Part shown: positions 17,989 to 26,214 of the stretch, piece by piece | Layout of the letters: every line of letters begins with the position of its first letter | How positions within the stretch are numbered: the first letter of the stretch is position 1 | From: a virus | Lineage: Duplodnaviria; Caudoviricetes | Reading direction: 5' to 3' (one strand) | DNA length: 43,343 bases | Virus record (IMG/VR): IMGVR_UViG_3300032219_002666 | Span: 1 to 43,343 of that record | Made by a program: the position numbers and the translations under genes | Notes under the pieces: model-generated | The model's database searches: none | What the model saw: the letters and a program-made list of their open reading frames with translations, nothing else | Told to the model about the DNA's origin: nothing

Positions 17989-20184
17989 ATGAAAAATTTA
18001 TTATTATTTTTATTATTGACTACTGTAGGATACAGTCAATATTGTCCTGCTTTAGGACCGGATCAAATACTCCCTTGTGGTGTAGGATCAACTACATTAA
18101 CGGCTGATTTAAGTCAATGTGGAGCTGGAAATAATCCTAATCAAACAACAAACTATAATGTATCTAATATACCTTATGTTGCTCAAACAAATAATGGTAC
18201 TAGTTTGTTTATGGCTGATGATTCACAACAAGGTCCATTTAATATTGGATTTAACTTTTGTTTCTTTGGCCAAACCTATACTCAATTCTATGTAGGATCA
18301 AATGGTTGGATTTCATTCTCAGGGGGACAACCAATTACTTTTACAACCCAAACTATTCCAACAGGAAATGCTTTAGTACCTAAAAATTGTATTATGGGTC
18401 CTTGGCAAGATTGGCATCCTGGAATTGGAGGACAAATTAAATATCAAACAACTGGAGTAGCCCCATGTAGAAAACTTACAGTAAGTTGGATTAATATGCC
18501 TATGTTTTCTTGTACAGGTAATCAAGGAACTTTTCATATTGTGATTTATGAATCATCTAATTATATTGAAAACCATATCCAAAATAAACCAGCATGTTTA
18601 CAATGGCAAGGGGGCACAGCAACACAAGGTATACACAATAATATAGGAACAATAGGAATTACAGTTCCCGGACGAAATTCTTCTGCTTGGGTAACAACAA
18701 ATGATTCATGGAGATGGACACCTTCAGGACCAACAGTAACTCCTACTTTAACTTGGTATCAAGTAGGTAACCCAGTTGCAATTGGTACGGGACCAACACT
18801 TAATGTTACTCCTAATGGTCCAACTCAATATACTTGTCATCTTGTTTATCCAATATGCAATGCAGGTTGGTCATCATGTAATGCTGGAAATAATTTAGGA
18901 CCTGATACTATACTTGTTGTTCCGGGTCCACCTAATTTACCTAATCCTACTATTTTTAATATCGATCCAACTTGTAGTGGATATTGTGATGGAAGTATTT
19001 TTATTTCTCCTAATGGTGGTAATGGAGTTCAAACTATTTCTTGGAATGGACCTCAATTAGGATTTAATCCAATAGGTTTATGTGCCGGAACTTATTCTTT
19101 TACTATTACGGATGCTGCAGGTTGTACTATCTCTAGTATTGTAACTCTTATTAACCCACCTATACCTACAATTAGTCCTATTATTTATAGCGATACAGCT
19201 TGTTACAATTCACCTAATGAAATATACTCAGTAACCCAACAACTTGGATACACATACCAATGGTCCTCAGTTGGTCCTATTAATTCAGGTCAAGGAAATG
19301 ATAGTATTAGTATAAATTGGAATGGGTATTCTGCTGGATTTATTCCAGGTGCAGTTATGGTGACAGGATATGATCAAAATAATTGTCCTAGTTTACCTGA
19401 ATTAATTGATTTAACTATTTTTAATGTTATTCCAATAATCGATCCTATAGGGCCATTTTGTGAATACGATGAATTTACTACTTTAAATGCTGTTCCCATT
19501 GGAGGCATATTTAGTGGTAGTGGCGTTATAGGTAATAATTTCTACCCAGGAAATGCAATAGGAACCGATACTATTATTTATATTTATAATCAAAGTGGAT
19601 GTTCATTTGACGATACTATTACAACAATTGTTTATCCCCAACCAACACTTGATCCAATCGTTCCTTACAATCCATTTTATGAATTATGTGAAGGTGATTC
19701 AATAGTAACTTTATTTACTACTATTTCAAACCTACCAGGATATAATGAATGGACATTTGGTGGATCAATTTATCAACAAGATGATATCTCTATTTCTTTT
19801 GAATCATCAGGAATGTTTCCTTTATCTGTAGTACATTATTCAAATGGTTGTGTTTCTCCTATTCAAGAAACTGTAATTACAATTGCACGTTGTCCCGAAT
19901 TATTATTTTATGTTCCAAACACATTTACCCCCGATGGAAATGAACATAACAACGTTTTCCAACCGGTATTCACAAACGGCTTCGATCCATATGATTATCA
20001 TTTAGAAATTTTTAATCGTTGGGGAGAATTGGTTTTCGAATCATTTAACCATATGGAATCATGGGACGGAACATATAATAATGCATTGTGCTCATCAGGA
20101 ATTTACACATTCAAAATACAATTTGGTTTTAAAGAAACAGATAATGACCAAGTTATAAATGGATTTGTAACATTAATAAAATAA
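17989..20184 (+). CDS. Secreted adhesin-like protein with SprB-like repeat and gliding-motility (T9SS type B) C-terminal domain
   Basis: Signal peptide MKNLLLFLLLTTVGYS|Q; PTCSGYCDGSI...GLCAGTYSFTITDAAGC SprB-type repeat; YVPNTFTPDGNEHNNVF...IFNRWGELVF...WDG...GIY...GFVTLIK CTD. Confidence 0.9.
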   Translation: MKNLLLFLLLTTVGYSQYCPALGPDQILPCGVGSTTLTADLSQCGAGNNPNQTTNYNVSNIPYVAQTNNGTSLFMADDSQQGPFNIGFNFCFFGQTYTQFYVGSNGWISFSGGQPITFTTQTIPTGNALVPKNCIMGPWQDWHPGIGGQIKYQTTGVAPCRKLTVSWINMPMFSCTGNQGTFHIVIYESSNYIENHIQNKPACLQWQGGTATQGIHNNIGTIGITVPGRNSSAWVTTNDSWRWTPSGPTVTPTLTWYQVGNPVAIGTGPTLNVTPNGPTQYTCHLVYPICNAGWSSCNAGNNLGPDTILVVPGPPNLPNPTIFNIDPTCSGYCDGSIFISPNGGNGVQTISWNGPQLGFNPIGLCAGTYSFTITDAAGCTISSIVTLINPPIPTISPIIYSDTACYNSPNEIYSVTQQLGYTYQWSSVGPINSGQGNDSISINWNGYSAGFIPGAVMVTGYDQNNCPSLPELIDLTIFNVIPIIDPIGPFCEYDEFTTLNAVPIGGIFSGSGVIGNNFYPGNAIGTDTIIYIYNQSGCSFDDTITTIVYPQPTLDPIVPYNPFYELCEGDSIVTLFTTISNLPGYNEWTFGGSIYQQDDISISFESSGMFPLSVVHYSNGCVSPIQETVITIARCPELLFYVPNTFTPDGNEHNNVFQPVFTNGFDPYDYHLEIFNRWGELVFESFNHMESWDGTYNNALCSSGIYTFKIQFGFKETDNDQVINGFVTLIK

Positions 20185-20188
20185 AGTT

Positions 20189-20226
20189 AAAGAAATTTGC
20201 GATTTTTTGCGAGTTTCTTTTTCTTT
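20189..20226 (+). terminator. Imperfect intrinsic terminator after the T9SS-cargo gene
   Basis: aaagaaatttgcg...tgcgagtttcttt stem (several G:U pairs) plus T-rich tail; resembles the 17913 terminator. Confidence 0.6.
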
Positions 20227-20229
20227 AAT

Positions 20230-20237
20230 ATATTTAT
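20230..20237 (+). promoter_or_regulatory. ATATTTAT putative late-promoter motif
   Basis: 38 nt before ATG 20268. Confidence 0.5.
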
Positions 20238-20267
20238 ATACGACAATAAAGTTATTAAAAATCATTT

Positions 20268-21008
20268 ATGGAAGAAAACAAATTTAATTTCCCATCCGAA
20301 ACCATTGATTTACCATCAAGAGGTTTAATGTATCCCGAAGGCCATCCTCTTTCATCTGGAAAAATTGAGATGAAGTATATGACCGCTAAAGAAGAGGATA
20401 TTCTTACTAACCAAAATTACATTTCTCAAGGTATAGTTTTAGATAAACTATTACAATCATTAATTGTTACTAAAGTTAACTACGATGATTTATTTGTTGG
20501 AGATAAAAATGCAATTTTGATTGCTTCTCGTATTTTAGGATATGGAAAAGATTATTCATTTGAATATAGAGGTACTGAACACACAGTTGATTTAACTACT
20601 TTTGAAAATAGAGAAATCGATGAATCACTTTTCACCCCAGGAGTAAATGAATTTACATATACACTTCCATTTTCCAAAGCCGTAATTACCTTTAAATTAA
20701 TAGATGGTCATTTAGAAAAGAAAATTGATGGTGAAATTAAAGGTTTAAAAAAAGTTAATAAAAACGCCTCTTCAGATCTTACAACTAGATTAAAACATAT
20801 TATCACATCTGTAAACGAAGATAGAGATACTAAAACTATTAGAGAATTTGTTGATAATTATATGTTAGCTCGTGATTCTCGTTCATTAAGAGAATATATT
20901 AGAGAAATTCAACCTGATATTAATTTAAAAGTTGATTTGGAAATTGAGGGTGAAATTGATACTATTGATTTACCCATTGGTGTGAACTTTTTTTTCCCTG
21001 ACCTCTGA
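20268..21008 (+). CDS. Baseplate hub assembly / tail assembly chaperone (T4 gp26-like)
   Basis: IDLPSRG, MKYMTAKEEDIL, DLFVGDKNAILIASRILGYG, ends LPIGVNFFFPDL; located between tube and tape measure. Confidence 0.75.
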   Translation: MEENKFNFPSETIDLPSRGLMYPEGHPLSSGKIEMKYMTAKEEDILTNQNYISQGIVLDKLLQSLIVTKVNYDDLFVGDKNAILIASRILGYGKDYSFEYRGTEHTVDLTTFENREIDESLFTPGVNEFTYTLPFSKAVITFKLIDGHLEKKIDGEIKGLKKVNKNASSDLTTRLKHIITSVNEDRDTKTIREFVDNYMLARDSRSLREYIREIQPDINLKVDLEIEGEIDTIDLPIGVNFFFPDL

Positions 21009-21261
21009 TCAAGCGTTCCAATACCGAACTCACGTATTTAGAACTATACACGATATAGTATTTCATGGAAAAGGAGGTTATGATTTCATGACTATTTATA
21101 ATCTTCCTTTACCTTTAAGAAACTTTATATGGAATAGTATTCGTAAATCCTATGAGGATGAAAATAAAAAAGAGGATACAGTAGAAACTTCAATTAATAA
21201 CATGAAAGCAGCTGGTTCAACTGCAAGTAAAGTATACGGTAATAAACAAAGGGCATCATAA
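20986..21261 (+). CDS. Start-less ORF (gp51-like), probable frameshift extension of the upstream chaperone
   Basis: Absent from the ORF track. Open from 20986 to TAA 21259-21261: ...LTSDQAFQYRTHVFRTIHDIVFHGKGGYDFMTIYNLPLPLRNFIWNSIRKSYEDENKK...; fills the gap before the tape measure gene and ends inside a hairpin. Confidence 0.7.
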   Translation, partial: TFFSLTSDQAFQYRTHVFRTIHDIVFHGKGGYDFMTIYNLPLPLRNFIWNSIRKSYEDENKKEDTVETSINNMKAAGSTASKVYGNKQRAS

Positions 21262-21276
21262 AAATGATGCCTTTTG
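21247..21276 (+). terminator. Hairpin at the end of the start-less ORF
   Basis: caaagggcatcat-aaaa-atgatgccttttg 13-bp stem with one G:U pair. Confidence 0.6.
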
Positions 21277-21284
21277 ATATTTAT
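21277..21284 (+). promoter_or_regulatory. ATATTTAT putative late-promoter motif
   Basis: 26 nt before the tape measure ATG. Confidence 0.55.
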
Positions 21285-21302
21285 TACATATAATTCAATT
21301 AA

Positions 21303-24300
21303 ATGGCTAAACAACAAAACGAAGAACAAAGAGTTAAGCAAGTTGCTAAAGAAACATCAATTGTTGTTGAAGATGCTTTACGCAGTATAGCATCTAACAT
21401 TGGTCAAATCTTCCAAGATGCTTTAAGCTCAGGTCAAGATATATCTAAAGCTATGGTTAGTGATATTCAAGGAGGACTAAATAGTCTTGCTAAAGTATCC
21501 AAAACCCTAGCCGAATCTCAGTCAAAAGCAGTACAAGGTGCTTTAAAACAAAGAGATATTACTCGAGAAATGGAGCAAAGAAATGCTAAAATCTTTGCAA
21601 TTAAAGCTCAAATTGCTATAGCTGGAAATAATGAATTAGAAGTTACTAAAAAATTAAAAGAACAATTAAAAGAAATTGAAGATGCTAATGTAGAAATCGA
21701 AAAAGCTCTAAAATCCCAACTTGACTACTCCCAGAAAATAGAAAAAAATATGGGATTATTCGGTACTGCACTTAAAGGAGCTGAACGTCTTACTAGTAAA
21801 TTAGGTCTCTCAGGAATAAATACTGTTTTTGAAAAAGCAAAAGATGCAGCCCAAGCAAAAGCCAAAGCCTTAGCCGATTCAGGAAAAAAAGCAGGTGGTG
21901 TAGTTAATAAGGTTAAAGTACTAGCAGCCGGATTAGGTGCACTAGGTAAAGGAATAAAAGAAGCATTTTCATTTGAAACTATAGCTTTAGGTGCTGTAGG
22001 TCTAATGAAAAAATTATTTAGCTTTATAAAAGAAGGTTATGAAGAAGGAAAAAAAGCCGCTGCTCGAATAAGTGGAGAAAATGTTGAAATAGCTAGAAGT
22101 CTAGGTTTAGCTCAAGGTCCTGCTAATAAATTAGCTGCATCTGTTGCGGGTATGGGACCTACAACGGCTGCTACAAAACAGTCTATCACTGCTATATATG
22201 GCGCCTTGGGTTCTACTGAAAAATTAAGTAAATCCACTTTAAAAACATTTGTTCAATTAAACACATTTGCTGGATTCTCAGCTGAAGCATTAGCTAAATT
22301 TCAAAAATTCGCTAAATTATCAGGACAAGATGCAGGTGTAATAGTTAAACAAATGGCTGATACTGCATTAGAGCAAATTAAAACTAATAAATTAGCAATT
22401 AGTGAAAAACAACTCCTAGAAGAGGTTTCAGATGTTTCAGGTACTATTAAATTAAGATTTGCTCAACAACCTAAAGAATTAGTAAAAGCAGTTGCTGCTT
22501 CTAAGAAATTAGGTTTAAATATGGAACAAATTAAAAGTGCAGCCGAAAGTTTATTAAATATTGAGGATTCAATTGCTAATGAAATGGAAGCTGAATTGTT
22601 AACTGGTAAAGAATTAAATCTTGAAAAAGCAAGAGAATTAGCTTTAGCTGGTAAGAATGAAGAGGCAATGGCTCTCATAAAAGAACAATTAGGTGGAGCA
22701 GAAGAATTTGCGAAATTAAATGTAGTTCAACAAGAAGCATTAGCCAAAACCATAGGAATGAATAAAGATGAATTCGCTAATATGGCAATGGCTCAAAAAG
22801 AAAACATAGCCGCAAATGGAGATTTAGTTGATGGTCAAAAAGATGGAATAAAAGCAATGCAATCTCAGACTTCATTGCAAGAATCACTTGAGGAAAGGGA
22901 AAGAAGACGTGAAGAAGCATCTATAGGGATGTTTAATGCTTTAGGTCCTGCTATGTTTAAATTAGAAGAAACATTTATTAAAATAAAAAGAATATTTACA
23001 AATTTTATAGCCGAAAATATAGTTAAACCTTTAGCTGATTTTGTTACTAGCCCTAAAGGTCAAAAATTCTTAGATGAACTTCCTGGAAAACTTCAAAAAG
23101 GTCTAGAAAAAATAAAATCTATGGTTCCTTATATAATGAAGGGAGTAGGACTGGTTATGGAATTCATTAAAGCTAATCCTTGGTTGAGTGCAATTGCTGG
23201 AGTTGGAGGTCCTTTGCTCCTTAAAGGAATATCAGCATTAGCTTCAGGTATGAGTGCTTTAAGAGGAGCTACTAAATATACACCAATGTACGTTAGAAAC
23301 GTAGATGGTGCTGCAGGTGCAGCAGGTGCAGCCGGAGATCTTGTAGGTCAAGCTGGGAAAGCAGGATTTTTCAAACAATTAAAAACCTTATTTACTAAAC
23401 CTGGAGTAATGTTTAGAGCATTAGCTATGAAAGGTGGAATGTTTGGAAAAGTATTAGGCAAAACAGGAATGCTTCTAGGTAAATTTGGAAGTGGATTAGG
23501 TAAAGTAGTAGGATCACTTGGAAAATTTGGAAGTTCATTACTTAAAAGGGGTGGGTCTCTTCTTAGTAAATTAGGAGGAGGAGCTAAATCACTTGCTAAA
23601 TCAGGAGGAAGCCTTCTTGGTAAAGCATTTGGTGGACTTAAATCTATAGGAGGTAAAGCTTTAGGAGCTGCCGGAAGTTTAGCCGGAAAAGCATTTGGAG
23701 GAATTAAATCAGTCGCTAAATCCGTAGGTGGAGCTGTTAGTAAATTAAATCCTTTATCAGCTCTAAAATCAGGATTAACTGGTAAAGCCAGTAAATTTAT
23801 CGGAAAAGCAGTTAAAGGTGGAGGTTTACTCTCAGCGTTATTTGGCGCTGCTGATATTGCTGGAATTTTAATGAGTAAATCATCTCCAATAGATAAAGCA
23901 AAAATGATCCTCCCAGCAGCTTCAGGTACAATAGGTAGTATTTTAGGAACAGTAGCTGGATCAGTATTAGGCCCATTAGGAAGTATAGGAGGTGGGTTAC
24001 TTGGACAATATATTGGAAGTTGGATTGGTTCTTCTAAACCTATTCAAAATGCTTTAGCTCCACCTTTAGCAAAAGCTTTAGGTGGTGATGATGTAGCAGA
24101 CGATTTTGTTATGCAAAACGGAAAAGTACAACGTTTTCGTAAAGATGACATCGTTATGGGAGGAACTAGTCTTAATAAAGGTGGTGATGAAAAAGTTATT
24201 AGACTTTTAGAAAGACTTGTGTCTGCCGCAGAAAAAGGTGGACATGTTTATATAGATGGTAATAAAGTAGGAACAGCTCTTGCTTTAAAAAATTATCGAT

Positions 24301-24308
24301 CTCGTTAA
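21303..24308 (+). CDS. Tape measure protein
   Basis: 1001 aa, Ala/Lys/Gly-rich helical; SLLNIEDSIANEMEAELLTGKELNLEKARELAL; Gly-rich amphipathic C-terminal half; ends VYIDGNKVG; synteny. Confidence 0.85.
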   Translation: MAKQQNEEQRVKQVAKETSIVVEDALRSIASNIGQIFQDALSSGQDISKAMVSDIQGGLNSLAKVSKTLAESQSKAVQGALKQRDITREMEQRNAKIFAIKAQIAIAGNNELEVTKKLKEQLKEIEDANVEIEKALKSQLDYSQKIEKNMGLFGTALKGAERLTSKLGLSGINTVFEKAKDAAQAKAKALADSGKKAGGVVNKVKVLAAGLGALGKGIKEAFSFETIALGAVGLMKKLFSFIKEGYEEGKKAAARISGENVEIARSLGLAQGPANKLAASVAGMGPTTAATKQSITAIYGALGSTEKLSKSTLKTFVQLNTFAGFSAEALAKFQKFAKLSGQDAGVIVKQMADTALEQIKTNKLAISEKQLLEEVSDVSGTIKLRFAQQPKELVKAVAASKKLGLNMEQIKSAAESLLNIEDSIANEMEAELLTGKELNLEKARELALAGKNEEAMALIKEQLGGAEEFAKLNVVQQEALAKTIGMNKDEFANMAMAQKENIAANGDLVDGQKDGIKAMQSQTSLQESLEERERRREEASIGMFNALGPAMFKLEETFIKIKRIFTNFIAENIVKPLADFVTSPKGQKFLDELPGKLQKGLEKIKSMVPYIMKGVGLVMEFIKANPWLSAIAGVGGPLLLKGISALASGMSALRGATKYTPMYVRNVDGAAGAAGAAGDLVGQAGKAGFFKQLKTLFTKPGVMFRALAMKGGMFGKVLGKTGMLLGKFGSGLGKVVGSLGKFGSSLLKRGGSLLSKLGGGAKSLAKSGGSLLGKAFGGLKSIGGKALGAAGSLAGKAFGGIKSVAKSVGGAVSKLNPLSALKSGLTGKASKFIGKAVKGGGLLSALFGAADIAGILMSKSSPIDKAKMILPAASGTIGSILGTVAGSVLGPLGSIGGGLLGQYIGSWIGSSKPIQNALAPPLAKALGGDDVADDFVMQNGKVQRFRKDDIVMGGTSLNKGGDEKVIRLLERLVSAAEKGGHVYIDGNKVGTALALKNYRSR

Positions 24309-24315
24309 TATTTAT
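24308..24315 (+). promoter_or_regulatory. ATATTTAT putative late-promoter motif
   Basis: 25 nt before ATG 24333. Confidence 0.5.
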
Positions 24316-24332
24316 AAATAAAAACAAATATC

Positions 24333-24503
24333 ATGGCAAACAATTTAATTTCTTTATTAACAAAATCTATATTGAGTTTAGGAGGTACATCCCCAAAACA
24401 ATATAATTTACAAACTAAATTAGGAAACGTTAAACCAAGTTCATCTACATTGGATTTAGATGCAAAAGATCCTAAAAAATATCTTGACAACCAACCTAAA
24501 TAA
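24333..24503 (+). CDS. Small hypothetical protein (56 aa) below the ORF-track cutoff
   Basis: MANNLISLLTKSILSLGGTSPKQYNL...STLDLDAKDPKKYLDNQPK*; own upstream motif and TAATG coupling to the next gene. Confidence 0.7.
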   Translation: MANNLISLLTKSILSLGGTSPKQYNLQTKLGNVKPSSSTLDLDAKDPKKYLDNQPK

Positions 24504-25882
24504 TGGCATTAAGAGATATCTTTTCAAATCCTGAAAAATTTAATTTTCCTTCATTGGGGAAGGGTTACCCTATTACCCCAACAGGAAATAATACTGGACT
24601 TAGAGGTATCAAATATGGAGGTGATCAACCAAATAATGGCTCTAGCAGACAACCCTTTATTCAAATTCCATTACCACCTGTAGAATCACAACCAGATCCA
24701 TTAACAAATATAGATTGGTTATATAGAGGAGATGGACTTGTAACTAGAAGTACTCTTACGGATGTTGAGCGCATTACTAAATTTTTAGTAACTCCTCAAG
24801 GTTTAAGATTTTTAGGTAAACAACAAACACTCCAAACTCTTGAAAATCTATCTTTATATGGAAAGGATATTTCAAAATGGAGATGGAATAACCCGGCTTC
24901 ATATATTGCAAACACAGCTTTAGCTCCTACCGGTGAACATTTAAGAAATATTATCCAAAAAACTGGAAACGGAGCCCCATCAACATCAGGTACAAATTTT
25001 AATTTTGCTCTTCCTTCATTTACTAGAGAAACAGTATATGGTGAAGCCAACCCAGGATTAGCTAAAAAATCATCAACTCCTAAAATAGGAACAGATACTA
25101 TTACTACCCAACCCTTATATCAATCTGATTCTAAATCTAATTTATTCCCTCAGGATACTGTTGATTTTTATATTGTAAAAGTTAGTAATGATGGTATTCC
25201 TGCAAATAATGTTTATATCCACTTTAGATCTTACATTGAAGGAATAAGTGATAGCTTTTCAGCTGATTGGGGAACTCAAAAATACATGGGTAGAGGAGAA
25301 AATTTCTATTTCTACAATGGATTTGATAGAGATATTTCCTTTAGTTTTAAAGTTCCTGTATTATCTAGTTTAGAACAACAATCAGTCTATACTAAATTAA
25401 ATTATTTAGCTTCATTAATGGCCCCTGATTATTCAGATGGTGGATTTATGAGAGGTAATATATTAAAACTTACTATTGGAGATTATCTCACTGAAGTTCC
25501 AGGTGTACTTACATCATTGAGTTATACTATTGATGATAACGTTCCATGGAATATACCTCGAGATAATTATGGAAATGTAAATAACAATCTTCCTACAGAA
25601 ACCCCATCCCCAGATTCAGAAATAGGTAGAGGATATACATTACCACAAATGATTACTGTTAGTGGATTTTCATTTAAACCCATTCACTCATTCTTACCTA
25701 AAACTGTTCAATCTAAATTTGTTCAAAATGGAATGGGACAAGATATGGACGCACCATTTATTAATTTTGGTAAATTAAACGGAGGAACAGATAAAGCAGG
25801 TGGATTTGGAAATGATCCTATTTCATCTAATACTGCTAATAAAAATAATACTCCACAATCACCAACACAAGGGTCTAATTAA
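24503..25882 (+). CDS. Baseplate / tail-tube initiator-like protein
   Basis: FRSYIEGISDSFSADW...YMGRGENFYFYNGFDRDISFSF...LKLTIGDY tube-like fold pattern; follows the tape measure. Confidence 0.6.
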   Translation: MALRDIFSNPEKFNFPSLGKGYPITPTGNNTGLRGIKYGGDQPNNGSSRQPFIQIPLPPVESQPDPLTNIDWLYRGDGLVTRSTLTDVERITKFLVTPQGLRFLGKQQTLQTLENLSLYGKDISKWRWNNPASYIANTALAPTGEHLRNIIQKTGNGAPSTSGTNFNFALPSFTRETVYGEANPGLAKKSSTPKIGTDTITTQPLYQSDSKSNLFPQDTVDFYIVKVSNDGIPANNVYIHFRSYIEGISDSFSADWGTQKYMGRGENFYFYNGFDRDISFSFKVPVLSSLEQQSVYTKLNYLASLMAPDYSDGGFMRGNILKLTIGDYLTEVPGVLTSLSYTIDDNVPWNIPRDNYGNVNNNLPTETPSPDSEIGRGYTLPQMITVSGFSFKPIHSFLPKTVQSKFVQNGMGQDMDAPFINFGKLNGGTDKAGGFGNDPISSNTANKNNTPQSPTQGSN

Positions 25883-25888
25883 AGTTAA

Positions 25889-26212
25889 ATGCCAACTAGA
25901 TACACAAACATACAAACCCTAGTAAATCTATCTCCTGATGGAAGATTGACATTTCCTTTTTTAAAAACAGTAAAATATCCTGAAATCCCTGAAAATGTAA
26001 ATGATATATATGCTATTACAACAGTAGGAGACAGATTAGATTTATTAGCCCAACAATTCTACTCAGATATTAATTTATATTGGGTTATAGCCTGTGCTAA
26101 CCCTGATAAGATTCAATTTGATTCATTATTTATACCTGAAGGGACCGAATTACGTATCCCTACAGATATATCTGCAGTTTTAAGTTCTTATAATTTATTA
26201 AATAGTTTTTAA
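25889..26212 (+). CDS. LysM-like baseplate wedge protein (gp53 / P2 gpX-like)
   Basis: TTVGDRLDLLAQQFYSDINLYWVIACANP...GTELRIP. Confidence 0.8.
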   Translation: MPTRYTNIQTLVNLSPDGRLTFPFLKTVKYPEIPENVNDIYAITTVGDRLDLLAQQFYSDINLYWVIACANPDKIQFDSLFIPEGTELRIPTDISAVLSSYNLLNSF

Positions 26213-26214
26213 AC

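Noticed and set aside
20990-21001. Classical -1 frameshift at T TTT TTC
   Set aside because: The -1 frame reads CCC TGA immediately; only +1/-2 reaches the downstream ORF.
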